64,000 nt of DNA from NCBI RefSeq assembly GCF_964204645.1, contig NC_134030.1, forward strand, positions 5,684,778 to 5,748,777. The letters run 5' to 3'. The translations under genes were made by a program, and so were the position numbers. The stretch comes from Tubulanus polymorphus. Its lineage: Eukaryota > Animalia > Nemertea. Under the pieces are notes generated by a model. It was not told the DNA's origin, did not search any database, and saw only the letters and a list, made by a program, of their open reading frames with translations. This document shows, piece by piece, positions 39,101 through 50,493 of this stretch. How positions within the stretch are numbered: position 1 is the first letter of the stretch; each line of letters starts with the position of its first letter.

Positions 39101-42100
39101 AGGGAGATAATGACGACCTGTGAAATGGAAAAGTGTACTAAGGATTTCATTGCAACAAGGCTTTGTCTACTTATATTTTCGCAGATCGAGAATCGTAAAT
39201 TGAACTGGGACGCGAAATCGAAGGTCGGCTCTCTTGCAAATGCCGAGCATACACCGGGCGGTGGAAAGAAAAAGGTGAGCGGAACACACGTTTTTTTAAG
39301 TTGTTGTTATGCAATGTCAACATAGGCATATCTAGCAAAAATTAGTGTTCGCTTTGAATGCTTCCATGTATATATGTATATTCCGATTGGTTTCTGTATC
39401 TGGGCGCATCTCGCACTGAGTCCTGCCCTATAAAAAACTTACTTCTTTACCTGACACTGAATTTCAATGAAAAAATCACTGAATTTTGACAGATTTTAAC
39501 GCGTAAATTAAGCTGGGAATCAACGTCTAAAATCGGGTCACTAGCAAATAATAGTTACATTTCCAAAGGTGGAAATGCGAAGGTAACATATGGATTGTAT
39601 ATGGAAATCGGGGTTGTTTGTCTAATGTATACATAGATGTTTCACTAACACTCGATTTTCAAAATCTAACCATAAATTTTCACAAGTTCGTTACGTTGAT
39701 TAGTTACTAATGTGTTAATTGCAATCTAACATCGGTTTCGGTTTTGGTTAAACGTGATTTTGAATAGTGGTGTAACAGATTTTTTTTTTTGAAAAGTATT
39801 CTGTAACGTTTTTGACAGATCGAAACTCGTAAATTAAATTGGGAAGGTACGTCGAAGGTTGGCTCGCTAGATAATGCGAATCATGTTCCCGGAGGTGGAG
39901 AGAAAAAGGTAATTTTTTACCGTTGCAGGTAAGTTAGGAGTAATCCACCTAAGTATATTCATTTATCTATTTAAACGCGTTTTTGTGTGATCACTGTTGG
40001 GTTAGTATCATTTTAACGTGTGCATTTAAGATTTTGCACACATGGCGTCGTCGTTTGTGTATTGGACGTCGGGCAAATATGAGAAAAAATTGACAAAAGA
40101 GTTTTACGATTTTAAGCCAAAGAATTTATACCTTGTTTCTTATTTCTACCGAGCCGGCCGCCAATCTACCGCGTACATTACACTTTCTCTTTCGAAATCA
40201 TGTTAAAGCTTACCACAACAGACTTGGCAGCTATTGAAATGAACTACTTATTTCATCGCAGTCTACAAAATGACTCGGCCGATTAGGAGAAACAAGGTAT
40301 CATTTTTTAGCCTGAAAGCTTATCTTTGGTTGAGTTATAACAAGTTCAAGTTAGAACAGGTTTGGTTGTAGCCAGTACTTTTTCCAAAATGACTGCTTCC
40401 GTCGTAACGTATTGTGCTTGACTTCCAATATATCATCGTCACGTCGTCACGTGAAAAAGAGCACGACCGCAAGAGCTCTGTATTTAGATGTTGTGGAGTG
40501 ATTTCATCGAATTAAAAACTTTGTTATAAAGAAGCTCACTATAAACAGCTCGCGCGATCTTATTACTACAATCCTTTAAAACTATAGCTTCCTAGCTTTG
40601 AGCCAAATTTCAATATTTCGAATCATTCGAAGTATGTTGGCATGATTTATAACAGGGTTATGTTCAAAAACTGTTCCGATATTCTCTTCAGACAAGATGT
40701 TACTCGAAAGCGAAAATAAGACTTGCATTCTTGATCACTTCTTTGTTTCAGTTTGCACATCGAGACGACACTTCTATTGATTCACCCCCCTCCAACCATA
40801 GAATTTGTGACACAGTTGTCACGGTGTTTTCCAAAGCAAAACAATTATAGAATTGACTGGAGATTTGTTATTATGATTTTTTAGTATGTATTTCACGAAA
40901 AACTGGAATGGCGAGCTGAATCTAAGATCGCTCAGTTAATGGGTCGTGGGAAAAAACGTAAGAGTACAAACACCCAGCTGTCCGATGAAAACTCAGAGGA
41001 CACGCGATCGATTGAAGATATGGAGGTATTTTCAGAACAACCTCTCTTCACAAACCACCCACGGAAAACAGAGGCTTTCTTCTTCTGTGCGAAACTCAAT
41101 GGAACTGGAACTTAACTTCGGCATCGGATATTTTTACTTGGTTGTTCAAAAACTTGTCGGAGAATCTTATTGCATGCCCCCATTCTCTTCATCGTGTCCC
41201 TCTTCTAGCGATTCTCAGCAAACATTTTTGTCTAAATCTTTTTTTCCTGGAAATGAGTTCCCGCTTTTTCCACAGCACAACAAACCTGGGAATATCTTTC
41301 AAGTGACTTTTTGTCAGTTTTGTATGTACCTTTGCATCGATCATCTTGGGAAGACCTGTTCGAATTGTTATTTTTCTGGATTTATTGAAAACCATGGTTT
41401 TGGTTTGAAGTTATTTGAAGATGTTAAGAAATTCCTATAATGTTAACAATCACACATTTCCCCTCCAACTCGCCTAACATTGTTCTACGGTATATTTTAG
41501 ATTGAGAATCGTAAACTAGACTGGAAAGTTGAATCGAAAGTTGGCTCTTTGGATAACGCTACACACAAGGCTGGTGGTGGAGAACGAAAGGTAAATTCTA
41601 AAAGAATTAACAATTATAATGCAAAATAACTATACATATGAATTTTCTTTATTTCATATCATATACTTATATACGTTTGGATATATATGGTTTTAGATTG
41701 AAACAAAAAAGTTGGATTTCAAAGAGAAAGCCCAGTCTAAAGTCGGGTCGAAGGATAACATGACGCATAAACCTGGAGGAGGTGATAAAAAGGTATATCT
41801 TCTATTCAAATTCTCAAGTCCACGATTCTAAACATTCTGTTTCAAAGACATGTTTCTGCGCGTATAGCTCACATTCTTCATAATATAATGTTTGCAGAAA
41901 GCACACGGACATATGTGTATCTACACTGTGGGCCTGTAAATGAATGAAATTGAAAAGACAAATTGAATTTGCAGTTTGATAATTATTCGTCGAAATCTCT
42001 TATTTCAAATACTTATAAATGATCGACACTACAGGAAATTTCTTCTTCACAGATCGAGACGGTGAAGCTAACATTTAAAGAGGATGCCAAACCGAAGACG

Positions 42101-42205
42101 GATGCCGGAGCGCCTAAAACGGTCTCAGAGAGTAGTAAAAGTCCACGCGAATCCAAATCCGGTTCAATCTCAGGAACGGAAGGAGAAGTGGACGCGTCTA
42201 ATTAG
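24196..42205 (+). CDS. tau: Tau/MAP2/MAP4-family microtubule-associated protein with 7 tubulin-binding repeats plus R'
   Basis: Exons 24196-24232 (or 32640-33030), 34747-35487 (Pro/Ser/Lys-rich), 36174-36230 ([16 protein letters not shown]), 36500-36612, 36693-36782, 39185-39274, 39819-39908, 41501-41590, 41697-41792, 42053-42205 ([17 protein letters not shown], compare tau IETHKLTFRENAKAKTD). KxGS and PGGG-type motifs. The link to the first exons is inferred from phase only. Confidence 0.9.
29181..31136 (+). CDS. Intronless 651-aa acidic disordered protein with C-terminal TM segment, inside tau intron 1
   Basis: Long ORF in AT-rich DNA with D/E-rich composition, a poly-Asp tract, a basic patch PKKKRSK and a hydrophobic tail [21 protein letters not shown]. 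Confidence 0.75.
   Translation: MIFAYGFPPWGQTDGGRESIIEDVEYHVIIVRDVEDIDGQWRVELAVTEEDEDAIDTRTSSRNDGLKEGVDDDGQLDLSNVYDSYDSGLCAEPNGEKYTVETNDDGKENETNSMNKDLLSTPSDTDTSSVSSQHRPSIVPVADRSQYLISSITDEAGDKMYHGYVILPNADGKYDIPSASKWPSFRTAMRLLQGRKVNTESESNEGKQESRAMFTNEPRKLSSAGTNNKETKNDELENRDFTDQSPLDDSAIGISEPVVELEVTNNTQLSPEQLEERENLDELYPDYVIIHRRDVEKMREQRDEEDKAVFEGVDHDKTFADSDKTNENVDKDNEKTAEDKTEYDKPAIEEVGDEIELADDGRPDVDELIANVEKTSENESITGDKNPTNDSESNATETPVELNEGEEINETESVDDSSVSIDSESTTMGLEPELVPERRMSKLAEFVSMIRRLTLTKTDDATDKSESTTDVDTDVAEEEAHSADESTDVAEEKPTDIIGFDEMGNMFRLIGAKKSAAKPKKKRSKSSAKQHHRLASLIENSDDDDDDDDDDEADDEADVTDDDDTDDTYYNSEDSYCEGYSSNEDGGKYESVENLLRSVQFAFESWNPYVFKMYWCMLALSTVCLLTVGFGHCSNFLKPLPQVFGRLRQIL
32640..33030 (+). 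CDS. Alternative first coding exon of the tau-like gene (MGNCKSK...)
   Basis: aaaaATG start, 130 codons plus 1 nt, donor cag|gtgagg at 33030/33031. Phase 1 matches the acceptor at 34747. Confidence 0.75.
36996..37936 (+). CDS. Uncharacterised nested gene (or alternative 3' end) inside the tau repeat-region intron
   Basis: Exons 37287-37346 ([20 protein letters not shown]) and 37487-37936 ([10 protein letters not shown]...[16 protein letters not shown]) have good acceptors and phase 0. Tentative upstream exons 36996-37006 and 37097-37163 give [26 protein letters not shown]. Confidence 0.6.
40115..40312. mobile_element. MITE, Kolobok-like, copy 2
   Basis: ataccttgtttct...agaaacaaggtat inverted ends. 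Internal similarity to 3121-3320 (gccggccgcc.atctacc, aacagac..ggc, aaaatgac.cggcc). Confidence 0.6.
40885..41115 (+). CDS. Putative alternative terminal exon of the tau-like gene carrying a degenerate repeat
   Basis: Acceptor ttttttag, phase 0, [27 protein letters not shown]...[12 protein letters not shown] matches the repeat pattern KLxWKVESKV. Confidence 0.55.
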   Translation, partial: YVFHEKLEWRAESKIAQLMGRGKKRKSTNTQLSDENSEDTRSIEDMEVFSEQPLFTNHPRKTEAFFFCAKLNGTGT

Positions 42206-43893
42206 AAATATAAATTCAAAGGGCAGCTATCGATAATCTTGTACGCACGTCAGTCAGTCGTAGAATATGGTCCACATCCAGCAGGATTAAAGCGAATTAT
42301 TCTTGAATTATTCTTACGTATTTTTGAAATTTAAACATTGCTTGCTTTTCCCGGTTTATTTAACGGTTATTCTCTGTTCACAAATTTGTAAATACCGGGC
42401 ACATCATCCAGACCCCGGTTACATAGATCGTACTATTTTCACCCGAACACGGGATAAGATCGGTAGATATAGTTAACTGAGATAAGCCCTTGGCAGGGTA
42501 GTTAGTCAGTTTAGTTTTCTGAAAAAAGGTTGAAAAATAAACGAAATAAAAAATGGTAAACCGGATATCGTTTTTGAAGGATAAAGTCAGTTTACTAACG
42601 TTCACATACCAATTTAATTGTATATATTGATGTCATTCTTACTTGAGCGCGTGTATCTTGATATAGGTCTGTGTTATATTTGAGAATAGTAACTCATAGA
42701 CTTTACTACGTGGTGTAGGATATGATGACCACAAAACAATCATCAAGTTGCGAGAATCATTCTTCGAACGAAATTCCACGTAACAAATTTTTCAAGAATT
42801 TTCGTCGCATCATCACATAATGAATAAGTCGTCAAATATCTCTCTTAAGGTAGCACGTAACGTAGTATATATATATATATATTGACCATTTTGTGGTGTA
42901 TGCAAAGTACTCTCATTCAAAGAAAGTGTGTAGTATTTAACTAGTATAAGTCCCCCGTATAGCGAATCTTTCTTAGCAGTCAAATGTTTATCTCAAGGCA
43001 TTCCACTTCGAAGGGCATAAATTTCATATGATGGACAACTATTTTCTGTCTTGCATGGATCATCAATGTTTGTAGTAGAGCTATCTATCGTAATATATAG
43101 TTTCGTTGTTTTTTATAGTGAATAATTCCACGGTCACTAGTGACAAACGGTCTTTCTATCCCCATACATTTAATCCACAAGAAACATACATATATAATAT
43201 AATAAAAACCCACGATGTACAGATTAAAGGTTTTAAAACCAAGAATTTATCAAATCAAAAATTTAGAATCGCGCGTTTTGAACTCTCACTAGAGATCATC
43301 ATCAGGTGGCGTTTTGTCATTTCAGGTTTTTGATTGAATACAACGTTTAATCTGTGGGTTTCCATTATATCTTCTATTCTCCACGTATGAATCCGGTTAT
43401 TTTACTAACAAACATATATTAGTCAATCTAAGCAATATCATCGATGCAGAATCGGGCACAAAAACTCCCGATGGTGTTTTTTTACGCCGGCCAGACAAAA
43501 TTATTTATTATTCATCGGATCCAGTTTAAATCGATTCAAATTAAGAATTTACAAATGTAATATCCCGCACACACGTTTTTATAATATTATTCTCAGGTTG
43601 GTTAATGAAAATAAGCAATACCTCTTCTACCTACCGTTGTTATACAAAATATATATTAGATAGTTGTTCCCGTTATGTTTTCCTCTCATTTCATTGTAAT
43701 GAACACCGTTTTATCGACTAACAAAACGTTCCATAGTAGCAGCTAAGATAACTAAAAGTAATGCAGTAACGTTACCGTTTTAAACGCCACAAGGCCTTAG
43801 GTAAATGGTGGTGGCGGCTCAAGTATCAAATTGTATAAATTAAAACTACACAGGTCTCTTTGCGGAAAATGTTGAGTATTTTTGTCAATTTTG

Positions 43894-43896
<3 letters not shown>

Positions 43897-43938
<42 letters not shown>
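43897..43938. repeat. (TA)n microsatellite
   Basis: About 21 TA units. Confidence 0.95.
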
Positions 43939-43940
<2 letters not shown>

Positions 43941-44549
43941 TATACTGTATATCTGTCGTTTTAACTTGAAAATAATAGGTGTACATTTGACGTGTATTTA
44001 TTATTATTATTATGAAAACTTAACTGGAAAATAAAAACATTTGTAATGAATTTCTTTGAAAAAGTTGCGTTGTTAAGACCATCGTTGAAAGGTACAGTGA
44101 TCGAGGGTTACTCCCCGAATCTCGGACCGACATGATAAAATATATCAATGAACAGGGGTCAGACATATTACAAGGGTTTTCGTGCAAGACCTGATCTGCC
44201 ATTTTGAATGCATTGATAAACGAATGGTACGTGAATCTAGTCCAGTTGCAATGGGCCTCGTTGACATTAGTAGACAGACTTCACTGCGAAGCCTTGAACT
44301 TCAAACGACCTTTTTCCAATACACATCGACAAAATACTTCAAATTCTATCATAATATATATTATTCAATCATACATTATATAATGTATATATAAAAAGAT
44401 AATTTACTTATTTTATGATTGTTTCTGTTCACTCGAAAAAGTCTACGCTACACAAGAGTTATATAATTCTAAATAAAGTTTTTAAATTCTACAAAAACAG
44501 GAGATGATCACAGATCAGCATCGTAGTTGGTTTTGCACGTACTCGGGCC

Positions 44550-46302
44550 TCATTCATTGCAAACGGTATTCACCAATTCTACAATCGAAAAAAAAAAACG
44601 TATTAATAACATCATTTGTAGCAGCAAGTGAAGAACTTTTCAGCACTTTTTAAGCGGAAAAAGTAGCACTTAAACCGTGATTTGCGCCAATGATAGACAT
44701 TGTAAGCTCATAATGATTTGTCAAACTATAGCAATAAGCTATGTAAAAATCGCTAAAGTCATTCATGCACTAGGACGTGTTCATTAAGATGGCTTTGAAG
44801 TGATAAAAAAGTAACACTTTTCAGCATGTTTTGACGATTTTCGTGAGAAGTAAGCATAAATCAGGGCCTTAACAATTTCTTCCAAAAAAGTGGCAATTAG
44901 AAGACCCGTTATTAAACCATAAATAATCAGACTCAGTTCTAACCAATCGCAAGCTGAGTGTTAAATTCAATTACCTTCATAGTTGACATTTCCCTGAGCA
45001 TCTTCTAAACCCTGCAACAGTATTTCCACTTCTTCATCTTTAAGTCTTTCACCTGTGAACAGAATTTCGAGTTTTCAAATGGGAATCGTGAATTTGTTCA
45101 AACGCGACGCTGTTTCGCAACTTACCGAGATGAGTTAAAAGATGACGGAGTTCAGCCGAAGTGATCGAACCGTTCTGCTCCTTGTCGAATACTTTGAAAC
45201 CTTCGATGAAGCCGACAGCATCCGGTGACTCTGTGTTAGTCTTCGCAAAAATCGGAATAAACTCTTCAAAACATATTCTTTTATCTGTAAATAGAGCTCA
45301 TTCATTAAGTAGGGAGGCGTATGTTTTGTCAGTATGGCACTATTCTAGTAAATGCTAGCTACTATTATGCTATTTTCTCCAAACATGTACATATTAAGTC
45401 TTAGGGTTAAATAAGGGTTAGAAAAATTAAATTAGGATCTAAGGATAAGGGTGGTTTATAAATCTAAGCATTTAGGGAAGATTTAGGTCGGCTCAAACCC
45501 ATATTTTCACTAATCTCTACTGGCTGTCTTCTAAATATTTTGAAAAGTCTGTCACCTCTGCGCACATGCCTATGTCCAATCAGAATGATCTATACACGAT
45601 ATAGCATTTACAAGAATATTGCGACTTCCTAAAATTTACACAAGTGAATTCAGCTGATTTGGGAAATGATTGATTCCCAATCCCAGCTTACCCGGTTGAT
45701 TTGTGAATCCATGTTTTCGTACTTCAGCCTCAGTTGGATTTTTGCCCAAGCCACGTAAAACTTCCCCCAGCTGGGAACCGCAGATTTTGCCATCGCCTTT
45801 GCTGTCATACAGGTTGAACGATTCCTCTAGGACTGCAAGAAAATGTAGCATCTGCTTATAATAAAAACAAAACATTTGAATGTAACTCTTTCTACGTAGT
45901 AAGGTGCAGATGATGTTGGTTCACTGTCACTGATGCCCCATACTTGTTCTGGCATATTGATATAAGGCGAATTATGGGACTTCTCACTTAGTAAAAACAG
46001 CTGTGTAAGGTATAGCAAAGCCAAGTCGTGGTGTTAATAGTTTTGACAGGTAGTGTGTGGTAGTATACTGGCATTAAGTCAGTGAATGGTCCTTGGCTTG
46101 CTTGGAATTGGATAGTTTGTGTTGTTATTGGACTTAGTCTTGGTGGGTGGCCGATTTTTGACCTCGCCGCAGTACTCACTCTCTAAATCTTTATCCGTCA
46201 ACTTTGCCTGTGAAAAATAGAAAGGAGATTAATAAGTTTATAATAGTGGTGATATTTAAAGCCGCAAATCGTTAAAATAATCTCTTTCTGAATATTTACC
46301 AT
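44550..46302 (-). CDS. Myosin essential light chain (non-muscle Mlc-c/MYL6-like), paralog 1
   Basis: Exons: ATG only 46302-46300, 46207-46180, 45832-45692 ([30 protein letters not shown]), 45284-45126 ([29 protein letters not shown]), 45052-44975, 44578-44550. Confidence 0.9.
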
Positions 46303-47094
46303 ACTGAAAGGTTTTCTTCTTCGTCACTAGTCACAGATCTTGAAGTTTTCAGTGGGTAATTAGTTCGTTAAGACGGAAACAGGCTGGCTCCGAGAATGCA
46401 ACGACCACCTACAATACACGATGTTTGGTGCCCCTCTACGAGCAGTGGATAATTACAAGCACAGTTAGTCACTTTCTTTTCACGAGTTTTGTTCCGCCCC
46501 TTGATAAGAAAAAGAAATTCGGTTAGAAATGTAGTCTTTCTTTTCACAGCCGCAGGCATAACGTGTACAAGCACTGTACAAACTCCGCGAACCTTAAAGG
46601 CTTCAAAGACCTTTTCCAATCGTAAGAATAACAAACTTAACACATACATGATTCCGTTAGTCATAATATAGTTTATTGATACATAATATAAAAGATAATA
46701 TAATATACATATTTTTGTATGTGTCTTGTCTATTGGCAAATTCTTATGGCAGTATGGGTCGTATAATGCCATTTCCAAGAAGCCATTTCATGGTCATCAT
46801 TTAAAATAAGCATGCGTGGGCATTATTAGGTATCAGCCCCTCATGTCAAAGCAATTTCAAAAGCTATTTACATAATTGTACTGAAGATAATACATTTCTG
46901 TAACCAATTAAGCGTCAATGAAGGAGTAGACTGGGAAAAGTCATGACAGGTGATGGTGATGTGGAAAATGCATGAATGTTCAGCTGTTGCCGATTCTAAA
47001 TATGATAAAATTAAAGAGACACACAAAATGTTTGAATCACATGTTTCTACGAATAGCATCCTCAAACACAGAGACAGAAATTAAAACAGTATTA

Positions 47095-47238
47095 CAGTAG
47101 ACCCTGCCTTATTCAATAGCATTTGGATATTGAATACCGGTATTCAAACCAATGTGACCAGATACAGAGTAAGAATTCAGTGCCTTTCCACACAAATCTA
47201 GCAAAATGCGATGAAACTTAGTAAGGTGGAGTCTACTG
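47095..47238. mobile_element. Tc1/mariner (Tigger-type) MITE between the light-chain paralogs
   Basis: TA|cagtagaccctgcctta ... taaggtggagtctactg|TA. Confidence 0.7.
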
Positions 47239-47514
47239 TACACGTCAGAAAAATGCTTATCAGTAAAACTTAAGCTCAGGGGAAATGGTTAACGAATATC
47301 AGAAATGAACATAAAACTTCAAACTGGCGATGTATGGACACAACCTGATTGACAAGGGAAACAATCAGATCTATCTCGACAATATCTTATCATGTGTTTT
47401 AGATTAGAAAACCGGCTTCCGTTCTGATTCTACTATCAAAGAGGTGATCACAGTTTCGGGATTGTTGGAGTTTTTCGAATTTTTCAGTCCTTTCATGACA
47501 TCTGCGTTGTTGAA

Positions 47515-49723
47515 TTAACCGTTATAAACAGTATTCACAAATTCTACAAAACAAAGATGAAAAGATTATTAGAACTCGGCTAATTTCACAGATTGTTTGT
47601 TTATCTGAACTACGTCACAGTTACCTTCATAGTTTACATTTCCCTGTGGATCTTCCATACCACTCAATAATTGTTCAACTTCTTCATCTTTCAGTCTTTC
47701 ACCTGTAAACAGAAGAAACATGCTAGAGCCTTCATACATTGAGGGTATCAAACTAGGTTTCTCTTCATACAATCAACTGCTGATATTACATTCTACTACA
47801 GGAAACACACGTCGTAACTACTCTGCATAATAAATCAGTTTTCAAAATGGCTCATAAAAATTGTGACGAAACATCAACAGGTTCTTAGTTTTTCATCAAA
47901 ATTGTGGACTTTTTCTTCAATGACACTTTAAATTCTACTTACCAAGATGAGTTAATAGATGACGGAGTTCGGCCGAACTGATCAAACCATTCTGTTCCTT
48001 GTCAAACACTCTGAAACCTTCGATAAAATCCGTGATTTTTGATCCGTCCCTATTTTTACAGACGGTCGCTAAAATCGGAATGAACTCTTCAAAACTTATT
48101 CTTTTATCTGAAAAAATAAATCCATATTTCATAGTCTCGTAGATATAGCAATGTTAACTCTGGTATCTAATTGCATAAGAAAACAGGTAATACCGTAATA
48201 CTTGTAGGTTAACTGAATTCTGTTAGAAATTATCGCTACAACCGCAAAGTAGTGTTTCATTTATTTGATGAAGTTACTATACACTAGTAGTGAGAGCTAG
48301 TGATTCCTATAAATTTCGTTGACCTTCAAGCATTACTCATTTTCTAATACGGGTTATAGGCCTAACGTTCGTTACTGGAAGTAGGTATCAGTTTTCGCGT
48401 CAGCCAACTACATTTCTATGATAATCCGTCGGTTCAAGTTTCCAGTTTTTGAGAACATGCTTACTGGAAACTTAAACCGACTGATTTTCATTGAAATGCA
48501 GTTGGTTGACGCGAAAACGGTTACCTACCTCTGGTAACGAAGGTTAGGCCTATCACTCGTATTAAATCTTCTAATATGTCAATCTATCAGATATGTGCTA
48601 CAAAAACTGATTGAGCTAGGCCGACTGACGTCCTTTGACTATAGCAAAGTTGAAATATTAGACGATTGAGCTATCATCAACATCTGTAGCTGTACAGGGG
48701 AGAAATTCGGACTTATTTCACGGTACCTGTTTCCGATGCTAATCCGTGTTTTCGAACATCAGCTTCAGTTGGATTCTCACCGATGGCTCGGAGCACGTCT
48801 CCTAACTGGTTACCGTATATTTTACCATCACCTTTGTTATCAAAAAGACTGAACACCTCCGAATATTCTGAAAATAAATTGTTCTTCCTATGATTGACAG
48901 TTTTCTAATTGTTATCATTCTTTATTATTGTATTTCATATGATTTAGTTAAGGTACCCTCACTTTTGAATCCACATGAAAGGGACTTGTTTGTTGACAGT
49001 ATGGATCTAGCACCAGTTTTCTTATTATACGGGAATAATGAGGGTTGGTCATTGATACTGGTTTTATTCATTCACTAATTGTGAAAAGTTCCTGGTTGTG
49101 TCACAGCACAGCCCTCGCGAATAGAACGCATCTTGAGGAATCAATAAAGTGCTACTACTGGAGATAGATACTGGATCAAAAACTATTTACCATCATAATG
49201 AATTTGTCAAGTACCTGTCCAGGCCTGTAGCCAGAGCCGGTTACTGGGGTTTGGCTGATAGTGACCTTTTTCTGAGATGTACTTATTTGATTTAAACCCC
49301 TTTACGTCTTTACCTTGGGCACACTTTCCATGAAAGGGCACTTCACATAGACACAGGGCACCTCGACTTTCACAAAAAGGGCACTTTCATTGACGCAAAA
49401 AAGCAGTTTCCATGCATGATGGAACCAGAAAGTCCCCTTTAACATCAAATAACCCCTACTCTCTAAATCTTGTCTACGGGTCAGCTTTCACTGACTCATA
49501 TCATGGACTGACTGACTATTAATAATTTGATTGATGATTTGAATGTGGACTTCCTTCAATTAATTATGATTGACCATCGATTTTGATATTTGATTTACCA
49601 CTTACCGAGGATATCTTGTTCTGTCATGTTCGCCTGGAATGAGAAGAATGAACTGATAAGCGTTGAACTGATAAAATGTCACCATCAAATACCAAATATG
49701 GGCCTAAAGCAAATATTTACCAT
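47515..49723 (-). CDS. Myosin essential light chain (non-muscle Mlc-c/MYL6-like), paralog 2
   Basis: Exons: ATG only 49723-49721, 49633-49606, 48867-48727 ([30 protein letters not shown]), 48107-47943, 47702-47625, 47543-47515. Same intron positions as paralog 1. Confidence 0.92.
48345..48564. mobile_element. Hairpin/palindromic MITE in an intron of light chain paralog 2
   Basis: Imperfect inverted arms of about 100 bp (taatacgggttataggcctaac... / ...gttaggcctatcactcgtatta) around a short loop. Confidence 0.75.
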
Positions 49724-50493
49724 CCTGAAATTCTATTTGACACTTCCGTTTAATACTTCCGGGTTTATAGTTCGTGGGTGTGACTACCAGGTGGCAGCAC
49801 CCAAGCGGGCGACTCCGGTAATATCGCATACCCAGTAGAGAATAGAATAGAACTATATATTGACGGGGCGGATCCAGACCGTATTAGCCGTATTGCCCAA
49901 TACTGTCTAAGATTTATAGCGCCCTTCGAAATTCCTCGGCAATATTTCTTTACATTTCACCATCCGCTAATTTGATATGTCAACTGATGATCTGTTTGAT
50001 TTTTATATACAGAAGCAGAGTCCTGAATAGAAAAATACCTTGAAAGTAGGGATGGCACTTTTTGGTCCGGAAGTTTATTTTCCTTTTGTGTTAAAATGAC
50101 ATGATTAATTACATGAGATTGTTTTTGGGCCGATCGAACAGTTCCAATGATAACTGCCCATTTTTGTTTCATATTTTTCTACAAAGGTTGTGCACAGCTT
50201 AAGCATTGCTTAAACTGACGATTTCTGCTCTGTCTGAGTTAACTAGTGGTACACGGGAACGCTGGTTCACAAAACACCAGTGGGAAACACCCCTATTGGC
50301 AGAGACGACCGGGGTCACTGCTCCCATACCTTCGTATACCGTATGGAATTATTGATTAACAATTTTTGTTGACTAGTTCGGACTACAGTTTGTCAAAATT
50401 CCCTTGGTGTATATGTATTCACGTGTTTCGCTTCTCGAAATAAAGATAAAACTCAAGACATCGGGAATGAGATTAACATTCCATTTACTCAAT

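Noticed and set aside
40946-41440. 164-aa ORF in the track
   Set aside because: GTG start and no recognisable features. The frame with tau-repeat similarity is a different one (40885-41115).
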